Positions 48,341 through 59,441 of a DNA stretch of 64,000 nucleotides are shown here, in pieces. The first letter of the stretch is position 1. The number at the start of each line of letters is the position of its first letter. This DNA comes from Heteronotia binoei (taxonomy: Eukaryota): assembly GCF_032191835.1 (NCBI RefSeq), contig NC_083224.1:189348001-189412000 (forward strand). Reading direction: 5' to 3'. Both the position numbers and the translations under genes were made by a program. A model generated the notes under the pieces. The model worked only from the letters and a program-made list of their open reading frames with translations, made no database searches and had not been told where the DNA came from.

Positions 48341-49839
48341 AAGCAGTGGTGAGGCCTGTTTCCCAGGATACCGGACCAGCCAAGAACACCCTCCAAAGAG
48401 TTCTTTTAAAAAAACTTCTGGCCTCCTGAAGGTGCCTCAGCTGCCTGGTAATTCTGTGTTGTGGGAGTTCAGATGTGTAGCTGAGCACCCTCCAGGGCCT
48501 CCCTTGAGGAAAAGCCAGATGTGAAGGAGGAGTGTCCTATCAGCCCTCAAGTCTCCAGCTGCCAGTGCTGGTTTGTTAAAGCTTTGGCAGGTCTTAAAAG
48601 TGGCAAAAGGAGCCTGCAGGGTTTTTTTTCTTTTTCTTCAATCGGTCTGCTTCACTCGCAGCAACCCCTTCCTCCAGGATTTGGAAGAATCTTTCCTGAG
48701 CATTGGAGGAAAGTACCGGCAGTAGCTCAGCAGGGCCTGGGGGCAATTGGGTGGTATTTGGCTGAGGGGGAGGAATTCCGCTTTGTCAGGGAAAGAGAAG
48801 ATGTGGTTCTGCAATAGAATCAGTCTGTACATGGAGGTATCCATATTTGTCTTCCAGAAATAAAAAAAAACAATTGTAAAACTGCTATTTTAGAATAGAA
48901 AAAGAAACCTGGACAAAACAAGAACTAAAATTTATACGAACCATTCACCATAAAAATTTGTTGGAGACAGGCTAGCTGTGGACCGCGATATTGGAGACCT
49001 CCTAGCCATGGTGGTAACCTAGAATTTCACAGATGTTTTGAGCTCTGGTCCGTTAAAAGGTGTGCCATGGCGTGAATGTTCGTCCCCAACCCCCTCACGG
49101 AGTCTCAGCCACCTCACGGAGTTGCTTTGTGAGAATATTAGGCTGGCGATCCAAAGCCCCCTTGTGAATTTCTGTGTAAATCTGTAGCGTAGGCACACTG
49201 AGAGACAGTAGCTTCTCTCTCTTGACTCAGCAGAGTTCATAACTCGTTCAGCATCATAATTGGCCCTGCCCCTTTGGTTTTGGGGCTTGATTCCTCACAT
49301 GCTGCCCCACTTCACAGGTGCCTGTTGTGGCAAGACGAAGGGAAGGAGATTGAAAGCTGCTCTGAGACTCCCAAGTGAAGGACAAAGTCCTTTTTCCTGT
49401 GTAAAATGTCGGAGGGGAAACCAGCTTGGATGTCAGGCTCAGGTGTTGTCTGGAATGGACTTTGGAGCAGAAATCTGAAGCCCCAACGAAACTGGGCTCC
49501 CAAAGCAGGTGGTAGCTTCACATTTGAAGTATACGCTACCATCTAAAGGGGGACCTGTATAAGACCATTGTCCAGAGTCAAAAATTGCTATCCAATACCA
49601 CGGCAGAAGTTGGAGCTGCAGGTGGTTGAACAGCACATGCTTCCCGAACTGGAGGGTCTCTGTTCCACCAACAGGTTCCAGTGAAGAGGAGCCTGGGTTC
49701 AAGCCTTCCCAAGTAGTGGATCCATTGGAACAGCCGTGCCTTTAGTTGCAAGTCCCCCTCCAGCCAGCGAGAACCGTCTTGCTTCTTGCCAACATCGCTG
49801 GTGCATGGAGAACAGCTGCCACAACAGAATTGTACCACA

Positions 49840-49949
49840 CTAGCCGCTGTGGCGTTGCCACACTCGCCGGGATATGTAGCTGGCAACAAACAATCCCAAG
49901 ACAGAGCCTGCTGCCCCAATGGTGATGATGGTGTGGGTGCTGAACGCAT
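49840..49949 (-). CDS. MADCAM1: MAdCAM-1 exon 5 (transmembrane + short tail, stop)
   Basis: Pyrimidine tract + CAG; phase-1 frame (not listed in the ORF track) reads DAFSTHTIITIGAAGSVLGLFVASYISRRVWQRHSG then TAG. Total CDS 1536 nt = 511 aa. Confidence 0.88.
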
Positions 49950-50888
49950 CTGAACAGAGAGGAAAAAAATGCAAAATGAGTCTTTCTAGGCAGCACTAAA
50001 TTGGAAACCAACTAGAAATGCCAACTTCTAGGTGGGGCCCCAGAAATCCCATGGAATAACATCTGATCTCCAGACAGGCGTGCTCAGGGCCCCTGGAGAA
50101 AACAGCTACTTTGGAGGGACTCTGTGGCAATATACCTCGCTGAGGTCCCTCTCTTCCCCAAACCCTGCTGTTCTCATGCTCCACCCCTAAATCCCCAGGA
50201 ATTTTTCAACTTGACTTGGCAACCCCTTGAACATGTATCTCACAAGAGGGCAATGTAGTCGACTGATAATTCTGCCAGTATCCGATCTCATCCTAGCCCC
50301 AGTTCTGCCTGCCCCACATCCGGTTCCACCTCTGACCCCCACCCCCACAGTTGTAGCCTGCCTTTGTTTCCTGCCCCACCGAAGGAACAAGGATTTCTGA
50401 ATCCCCAGCAGCTCTGCTGAGAAATTTGCCGCCATTTTTAGTTTAGCTTATTTATGATTTATATCCCGCCCTTCCCAACAAGGTGGCTCAGGGCGGCTCA
50501 CAGCACATAAAATCTAACATAAAAATATTAAGTTTAACATTTTACACAATTAAAAACATTAAAACATAGCAGAGATCTAATAGAACTACATTCAGTTTCC
50601 TATGCCGGTTAGTTATAAGCCAGCCGGAAGAGGGTTGTCTTACAGGCCCTGCGGAACTGAGCAAGGTCCTGCAGGGCCCTCACCTCTTCCGGCAGCTGGT
50701 TCCACCAGGAAGGGGCCATTACAGAGAAAGCCCTGTCCCTGGTAGATTTCAGGTGGGCTTCCTTTGGCCTGGGGACAACGAGAAGATTTTGGGTTCCCGA
50801 TCTCAGTACTCTCTGGGGAACATGTGGGGAGAGACGGTCCCTCAGGTAGGCAGGTCCTAGGCCGTGTGAGCAGCGGGGAATTACTCAC

Positions 50889-51680
50889 CACCAGGCACCA
50901 CCTTGACACGTATGCTGGCCATCCGGGGCTGGCTGGTCATCACGACGCACTGGTAGAGCCCTTGGTGTTCTGAGCGGACGCTGTCCACTGCCAGGATGGA
51001 CTGGCCCTCAGCCCTCTCCTGGTGGTACCGGGACTGATCCACAGGAGTTTCCACCCACTGGACCTGGATGTCTTTGTGACATTCCACTGCGTGGCAAGTG
51101 ATGTGGAGCCTTCCCCCCAGGGTCCCTTGGGGAGGGAACGGTGTGATCACAGGCCTGCAGAGTCTGCCTGGGGCACCGGCACCGGCCCCAGTCACAGTTT
51201 GGTTTAGCCCCTTGGCGGCAGCCGTCCTCTTGGTGGGAAGGCTGTTTGGGGTAGAGACAAGCTCGGTGGCAGGATCCCCGTCTGTCGTGGGAAGGGCTTT
51301 TGAAGTAACCCCCAGCTTAGCTGAGGTCTCTGGGAGGGGTGTCGAAGTCGGCGAGGGGGGCATTCCAGTAGTGCTGGAAAGCCCCGGAGGCTTTGAAGAG
51401 ACTGCTGAGGCTTCCCCCAAGGGGATCCGTGCTGTAGAAGCTGGTCCGGGGGCAGGGTGTCTCCCCATGGTGGGGCGAGATTCCAGGACAGGGGAAGCTG
51501 TGGTAGTACCAATGGTGGGATGCTTGGTGGAATGGTGGGGTGGAAGGCTTTGGGTGAGTGCCTCAAGAGAAGAATTCCTAGCAGTGGCAGAGACAGGTCT
51601 CTCTGGAGTCCCCAAAAGAGTTGTCATTGTAGCTGTCTGGGAAGAGGCGGTTTCTGCCATGGTGGCTGCCTCCTGTGTCT
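50889..51680 (-). CDS. MADCAM1: MAdCAM-1 exon 4 (Ser/Thr/Pro mucin stalk + third Ig domain)
   Basis: About 170 aa S/T/P-rich region followed by LHITCHAVEC...QVQW...QGLYQCVV; 792 nt, phase 1-1; donor GTGAGT. Confidence 0.92.
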
Positions 51681-52264
51681 CTGCAAAGCAAATGTTTTGC
51701 ATCTTTAAATATTTTGTCAGGATTTTACTCTCAGGTGTCAGGTTCCCTGACAATTGGGTCATTGTGGTGTTCACGCATGTTCAGTCATAACTGTTCTTGG
51801 AGTCTGATATCATATCCTGGTCTATATTCATTTGCTACCTTGCTCAAATATGTATCCAGCTGTGCTTGCTTTGGCATTCTGCAGATGTGCAGGAGGAAGA
51901 CTGTAGCAGTGGAACTGTTATCTGGTAGCCATGGCAACATCTGGCTCTGGCCAGACAACCTTGAGCACCCAAAGAAAACTCTCTGTTACACATCTAACCC
52001 TGGGAACCTTAACAGACGGGGTTGGCTTTAGCTTGTGCACCTTTTTGATTGGTGTATTATTGGTTCTGTGTGTAAGTTGCCCTATTCCTGGCAATGGCCT
52101 CATGGCATGAAGGTCCATTGCTCTACATTGATCTCTAATAAACTTCTGACCATTTTCACATGCATTTAGTTGACTGGGATCAAACCTTACATTTTGCCAG
52201 AAATCCCCCACTTTTTCCTTGGCCATAGCAAGCACCTCACCATCACCCCAAGCCATGGCTGGCA

Positions 52265-52430
52265 ACATAATTGAGAAAGTGGTGGCAGAGCAGCTCCAGA
52301 GTTTCCTGGAAGACACGTCGGCCTAGACCCATTCCTGTGTGGCTTCCACCCTGGCCATGGGATGGAGATGCACTGGTCACCCTCACAGATGATCTCTACA
52401 GACAGCTGGATCGAGGTGGATTGGTGCTGG
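52265..52430 (+). mobile_element. Degenerate L2 reverse-transcriptase fragment in MADCAM1 intron 3
   Basis: Frameshifted EKVVAEQLQSFLEDT...GHGM...LVTLTDDLYRQLDRGGLVL. Confidence 0.65.
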
Positions 52431-53769
52431 TTCCCGCCTGGTGGATCTGGTAACATCCGCACCCTGCAGGTTCCTTGTACAGTTCCCCAGGGTGTGTAAG
52501 GCTGAGGTGTTCCACCGGATTTATGGGTGGGGACAGCAACAGCCCCCATCATACTTGGCCCATGAGTGGCCCCCACCCCATGGAGGGAGAGAAATTTATT
52601 GAACGCCGCGGATGATTTTAACTATTTTAACGGTTTTATTCTGTAAATTATTTGACCTATATTCAATTTATTGTATGTTTTAATTATGGTGTATACCACC
52701 CTGAGCACTCTGGGGGAGGGCGGTTTATAAATCAAATGAGTGCATAATAAATAAAATCCTGGGGTACAGATGAAGATAATAAAGAAATGTACCACACTGG
52801 GGCACAGGACTAATAGAGACCAGTGCTGTAGCTTCTGACTTGCCCACTTCTATGGATGGAGGAAATTACAATTACATGCTGTTTGCATCAGTGTTGCAAT
52901 CAATGGGAGTTATACCGGAGTGACTCTTCAAAAGATCACACAATCAGTCTTTGCCACATCTCTGCAGGCCCTGCCTTGACCCAGAGGAAAGCCCCAAAGT
53001 GACGTGGCTCAGAAGTGGTCCGAAGGCACGGATGTTGTGCAGCGGCTACACTTTGGCCCTGGCAGCTGTTTGGGTGGGATGAGGCCTGCAAGCCAGATGT
53101 TCTGCGCATGTTTGGCCAGTAATGACCCTAACTGTAATTATATTGGTTCATATTGCGTCCCTAAATTAAGAACCAAGAGTACCGAGAAGGTATAAATTAT
53201 TACCCTTTCGAGGTGAATAAAACTGAGTAGCACTGCGAAGACCAGTAAAATCTGCCAGGGTGTAAGGCACATTTCATCAGGCGTCTGAGCTTCGATTCGC
53301 AAAAGCTTATGTCCTAGGAAATTCTGGATGCAAATTATGCAAGGACAAGCATGGCCACCTGTTTGAAACTATTTCCAAGCTGGACAGTCAAGTCCCGTCT
53401 TCAGTAGGGCACTCTGATTATAACCTTGAACTGTGGCATCTCTTGGGAGCAGGAGTTTGGACAAGCAGACCGTAGGTTTAGCAAAGTAGGCCTCAGTTCA
53501 TCTGACAGCCTGACTCCTCTGCTTTTAAAGTGCAGCAAAATCACACACTGAACCAAACATGAAACATCTATTCTCCTGTCTATTTGGCCTCTCCAGTCAG
53601 GTCATATCTGTGGCTAAGATATGTTTCCTGTTTGGGGTGAAGTTTCTACTACAGGGGAGGGGCTTCTATAGGACAAGAGTGGAGCCAGTGGCTCTCTCCA
53701 CAGTCTTAGTCCACCTATCACCTTGCTCGGGGGCACTGGGCAAATGGTCCATTTGCACATGGCTCTTAC

Positions 53770-54075
53770 CTTGGGCCTGAATGGTTACTCTCCTGCTTTG
53801 ACTGAACAGACGCTGGCCAATCTGCAACCGTGCCTCGCACCGGTAGGTTGTCTGCTCCACAGCTGTTGGGATCTCCAATTTGGAACGAAATGTAAACAGG
53901 TCAGAATCCTCCATCTCTTCTTCCACGTGACGCTCCATCCTCTTGTCTCCCTGGAACCAGCTCAGCGTGAAGGCATCAGAAGGGTACACATGACTTGCCA
54001 AACAGGAGAGATGGGCTGGCTGCCCAATCATTGGCACTTCAGGCTGGGAGTCCAATTGCAGGGTGTCTGGAAGAG
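53770..54075 (-). CDS. MADCAM1: MAdCAM-1 exon 3 (Ig domain 2)
   Basis: LPDTLQL...LSCLASHVYPSDAFTLSWFQG...EEEMEDSDLF...TYRCEARL...IQAQ; 306 nt, phase 1-1; CAG acceptor and GTAAG donor. Confidence 0.93.
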
Positions 54076-55348
54076 CTGAAAAGGAGTGGTGTGTTTGTGT
54101 GTATGCACCAAAGCTTCCCTCACCTGGGTGGTTGTGAACTTTGCGGTTTGAGTTCATAACCTCAGGGGCCTGACCTACAGAGCTACCTGGGATGGCACCT
54201 GCTCAAGTCTCACCACTTTTTTACGACACTGAACTGGACTGGGGTGTGCAGGTTAGGGCCCAGTGATTGGCCAATGCCCTGAAGCCTCTAGATTGGCCAG
54301 GTCTGGGATGAATGCCTGGCCATCGGAAAGTATGTGGACAGAATGGAGCGGGTGAAGAAGAGAGCATAAGAACGTCAGAAGAGTGCCCTGCTGGATCAGA
54401 CCAGCGAGGGTCCATCTAGTCCAGCCTCCTGTCTCACACACTGGCCAACCAGTTCCTCTGGAGGGCCAACAACAGGGCAGAGAGGCCGAGGCCTTCCCCC
54501 AAGAAGAACAGCAGAAGAGCCCTGCTGAATCAGATCAATGGTCCCTCTAGTCCAACCTCCTGTCATACAGTGGCCAACCTGTTCCTCTCAAGGGCCAACA
54601 ACAGGGCATAGAGGCCAAAGCCTTCCCCTGATGTTGCCTTCTGCTGCTGGTATTCACATGCTGACTGAATGTGGCTGTTCCCCTCATTCACAATGCCTAG
54701 TAGCTATTGATCGACTCCTCCATAAATCTATCTGACTCCCTTTTCAAGCTGTGTATTCCTGTGGCCATTACAGTGATGAGAATAATCACGTGGCTGGACA
54801 CCAAGCCCTATGAGAAAAGGCTGAGAGACTTGGGAAAGTTCAGTCTGAAGAAGGGGAGGCTGACGGGAGACATATTTGCTCTCTTGAAGTCTTTGGCCCT
54901 TTCTGGACTCGCAATTTACTGCCGAGTATCCAAGCAGTCAAGGCTTTAAACCTGACTTTGTGTCTGCTATCCGCACCAATCTTACACCATCCTTCTGCAG
55001 CTACAAAATAACAGGGCCGGGTCTAGGGGGGGCAGAGGGGGCATTTGCCCCAGGCACCACGAGGCGGGGTGCTGATTGAGTGCTCCCCCAGGGTGAGCAG
55101 GATTGGCTGCTTTTGCCGCCTCTCCGTCTTGTGGATCCTCCCTCAATTTAAAGACCTCACTGGCCAGCAGTCCGGGCCCCCACCTGGTGGAATGAGCTCC
55201 CACTGGAGATCCGGGCCCTGCGGGACTTGCCCAAGTTTTGCAGGGCCTTTAAGATGCGGCTCTTCCGCCAGGCTTTTAATTGATCCAATAGGTGTCCTCT
55301 GAAGTCATCTCTTCCCCCAGCACTTTATTAGCACCTTACCATCTAGGT

Positions 55349-55691
55349 CAGGGGTCCTCAAACTACGGCCCGCGGGCCAGATGCAGCCCGCTGAGGACGT
55401 TTATGCGGCCCGCCGGGTTATGGCAAAATCAGACCGGAAGTGACGTTTGACCTAAACTCGCGTTAGCAATGCACACTTCCGGCACTGGGCTGAGGCGGCG
55501 GAGACAGAGTGTGAGGTGATACCAAGGTGAGGTGAGTTCCCAGGCCGGGGTGTGTGGTGTGGGGAAGGGAGAGAGATGCAGAAGACGGAGAACTGACAGC
55601 CCGCGGCCTTGTACAGTAATGGCAGTCCGGCCCTCCAACAGTCTGAGGGACAGTGAACTGGCCCCCTATTTAAAAAGTTTGAGGACCCCTG
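55349..55691. mobile_element. 343-bp hAT MITE, perfect 16-bp TIR (OC1/OposCharlie-like)
   Basis: CAGGGGTCCTCAAACT ... AGTTTGAGGACCCCTG; TSD ATCTAGGT / CTCTAGGT (7/8). Confidence 0.85.
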
Positions 55692-57189
55692 CTCTAGGTG
55701 CTTAGGTTATGCTGAACACTACCAGCCTCTATGTGGTTGATGACTTGTTGCCAATGATGTAGATCATGGTTTTTGTTAATCCTGTAATTATGATATTTTC
55801 TAGTCTGGATGTGGTTTGTTTAATGGTTCTTTAAGGTTTTTAATGTTGTAAGCCGCCCAGAGCCCACTTGCGGGATAGGGTGGGGTATAAATCGAAAAAT
55901 TTAATTTAAAAATTTAATCAAATGGGAGGGGGAATCAGATCGCCTGCCTTTGCATCTCTCTGCAAGGCAGGGAGGGGACAAAGGCAGCCCTAGGGCTTCC
56001 CCCCCAATATTTTGAGTGGGGGTGCCATTTTTTGGTTTTGTCCCCGCTCAAAAAATATGTAAAAGAAAACAAAAAACCCTGCAGTTTTCCACATTTGTGA
56101 ATGTCACTTGTCAGCTGTGGTGGGTAGTGTCCGTGAAATAAAATAAAAAAATACACAATTGCCCTTATCACAGCAGCTGCAAGCACCTTCTATTTAAATC
56201 CTCATCGTTCATGGTTTGTGCATGCCTTCCAGCATTAGTAGTTGCAGCGTAAGTTCAGCTGTGCACTGCCTCCTTCTTCTGATGGTTTAAACTTGGCGGG
56301 CTCCTTGGCATGCTCTGCTGAGCTGAACTCTCCCTGCAGGATTGGCTTCTGCACACCACTACTGCAGCCTTTCCCTAGGAATTTTTAACCCAGAGAGCCC
56401 AGTTTAGCAAAAAAACAACCACCCGACTTCACTAAACTCATCCTGCTTGTAAAACAAACTTTCCTTGATGGAGAAAGTGAGTGCTAATGCAGAGGGGAAG
56501 ACAGCAGAAGGTGCAGAATGACCCCAATGTTGGTGGGGAGCGACCTCTGAGGGGTAGAGAGAGTCAGAGGGAAACTATGCTTTTGAATTACCATCTGCTT
56601 GGAAAAAGAGCAAAGGGGGAAATGGTCACAAAGCCGCTTTCAGAAAAGCTGGGGAAGCAGCAAACAGAAAGTGAACTGAGAGGTGAAGGGATGAAAATCA
56701 AAGCAGAACTTTGTCCCAGCGGTTTCCCTCACTCTCACAGCACCTCTGCATCGCTGTGTCTTTTTTGTTCTGCATTTCTGCCCCCCCTGGGCCCCGCCCC
56801 CCTGATGGACATGCCAGGTGAAAGGGAGGTGGGGCCCGGAGGGGCAGCAATGCAGAGGTGCTGTGAAAGTGAGGGAAACTGCTGGGACATAAAAGGCCTT
56901 TGAAAGGCTCTTAGAGGAGGGCAGGGAGCTGTTCCTGTTGGCAGCAGAGGAGAGGACTTGCAAGAATGGGTTTACATTATGGGCAGGAAGATATCGGCTG
57001 GATGTTAGGATTAATTAATTTATTTTATAGTAAGGGTAATTCAGCAGTGGAATTCAGGGTGGTGGTCTGCTTTTCCCCAAGCCCACCCGACAGTCTTCAA
57101 GCAGCGGCTGGACAAACTCTTGTCAGGGATGCTCTAGGCTGATCCTGCCTTGAGCAGGGGTGGGACTAGATGGCCTCTAAGGTCCCTTC

Positions 57190-58520
57190 GTAGAATCATA
57201 GAGTCGGAAGAGACCTCCAGGGTCATCTAGTCCAACCCCCTGCACAATGCGGGAAACTCACAAATACCTTCCCCTAAATTCACAGGATCTTCATTGCTGT
57301 CAGATGGCCATCTAGCCTCTGTTTAAAAACCTCCAAGGCAGGAGAGCCCACCACCTCCCGAGGAAGCCTGTTCCACTGAGGAATCGCTCTAACGGTCAGG
57401 AAGTTCTTCCTAATGTTGAGCCGGAAACTCTTTTGATTTAATTTCAACCCATTGGTTCTGCTCCGACCTTCTGGGGCCACAGAAAACAATTCCACACCAT
57501 CCTCTAGATGACAGCCCTTCAAGTACTTGAAGATGGTGATCATATCACCTCTCAGCCGCCTCCTCTCCAGGCTAAACATACCCAGCTCCTTCAACCTTTC
57601 TTCATAGGATTTGGTCAACGCCATGCTGGGAATTATTAGGAAGGGAATTGAAAACAAATCAGCTGGTATCATAATGCCCCTGTATAAATCGATGGTGCGG
57701 TCTCATTTGGAGTACTGTGTGCAGTTCTGGTCGCTGCACCTCAAAAAGGATATTATAGCATTGGAGAAAGTCCAGAAAAGGGCAACTAGAATGATTAAAG
57801 GGCTGGAGCACTTTCCCTATGAAGAAAGGCTGAAACGCTTGGAGCTCTTTAGCTTGGAGAAACGTCGACTGCGGGGTGACATGATAGACGTTTACAAGAT
57901 AATGCATGGGATGGAGAAAGTAGAGAAAGAAGTACTTTTCTCCCTTTCTCACAATACAAGTACTCGTGGGCATTCGATGAAATTGCTGAGCAGTCAGGTT
58001 AAAATGGATAAAAGGAAGTACTTCTTCACCCAAAGGGTGATTAACATGTGGAATTCACTGCCACAGGAGGTGGTGGCGGCCACAAGCATAGCCACCTTCA
58101 AGAGGGGTTTAGATAAAAATATGGAGCAGAGGTCCATCAGTGGCTATTAGCCACAGTGTGTGTGTATATATAAAATTTTTTGCCACTGTGTGACACAGAG
58201 TGTTGGACTGGATGGGCCGTTGGCCTGATCCAACATGGCTTCTCTTATGTTCTTATGTGACACAGAGTGTTGGACTGGATGGGCCGTTGGCCTGATCCAA
58301 CATGGCTTCTCTTATGTTCTTATGTCTCCAGAGCCCTCACCATCTTTGTCGCCCTCCTCTGGACCTGTTCCAGCTTGTCTATAACCTTGTTAAAATGTGG
58401 TGCCCATGCCCAAAACTGAACACAATACTCCAGGTGAGGTCTCACCAGAGCAGAGTAAAGTGCTGCCATCACTTCATGTGATCTGGACACTATGCTTCTG
58501 TTGATACAGCCCCAAATGTT
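57190..58520. mobile_element. Nested CR1: family A (+, 57617-58324) inserted into family B (-)
   Basis: Family B reading TTGGTC|TCCAGA is split; the two halves join to match 41545-41600; family A ORF at 57611-58150. Confidence 0.85.
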
Positions 58521-59165
58521 CTTCCAACTGTTTGATTCTATACTTTGCTGGGAGACTGAGAGCCAGTCTGGACTACTTCCTGTGTAGTCCAGATCGAGCC
58601 TAGAGGTCACAGGGAAAGCTCCCATCAGCCCTTCTTTCCTAGCCTGAGTGCAGCAATGCAGGGAAGAGTGAGGAATGAGCAAGTGTTACTGTGGTGGGAA
58701 GTCAGCGCTTCCAACCTAGGCCTAACCCAAGGAGTAACTCCAGGGCAAGCAAGTCTTGGGCACTTTGGCAAGCAACACTGCAGAGCTTCTGTGCTGCAGA
58801 ATCTCTCGCCAGCAGGCCAAAATGCACGAGGCAAAAGGGTTCGTCACACTTTGGCCATTTATTTGACTTGCCTATTTTCTGCATATTGGCCACGATGATC
58901 AGAAAGAAGACTTTAAAAATATATCCCTTAACCCAGGGCTCCTTTGTTCGTGAAATAATTGTTCCTCCCAAGCTAACGTTTGATGAAATTTGTAACTCAG
59001 CTCGGCGGAGCTGTTGCGAGGATGACCCAGAATGCCCACAGATATTCTGTCTGCAATAGACCGTCCACAAATATTCTGACTGTTAGCAACGGAGTGGGAT
59101 AGGCGGCTGATTTAAGCCGCTTCGTAGGTGTGCAGGCACACACAGAGACACACCCATCAACTTAC

Positions 59166-59441
59166 AATACACCTGTAATTCCACTGTCTTCTGGAAGGTC
59201 TTCCCTTGGCATTGGCCTGTGCAGATCTTCAAGCCTTCCATCCTCACTGCTGCGTTGGTCACAGTCAGGATGCTGGACGTGTGGTCGGAAATGACATTTC
59301 CCAGGTCGGTGTCTAGGCCCTCCCACTGGACTTTGCCTCCTGGGCAATCCAAGGAACAATGCAGTTGAACGGAGCCCCCGACTTCCACCAGAGGTTCCTT
59401 GGGATGAACGGTCAAGGGGTTCCTGGCCCTCGGCGGCAGAG
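59166..59441 (-). CDS. MADCAM1: MAdCAM-1 exon 2 (Ig domain 1)
   Basis: CTGAC branch + pyrimidine tract + CAG; LPPRARNPLTVHPKEPLVEVGGSVQLHCSLDCPGGKVQWEGLDTDLG...ICTGQCQGKTFQKTVELQVY. Has the two C-x3-C pairs and GLDT motif typical of MAdCAM-1; 276 nt, phase 1-1; donor GTAAG. Confidence 0.95.

Noticed and set aside
51098-51790. 230-aa plus-strand ORF
   Set aside because: Antisense shadow of the MADCAM1 mucin exon; composition (G/V/A/E-rich) mirrors S/T/P codons.
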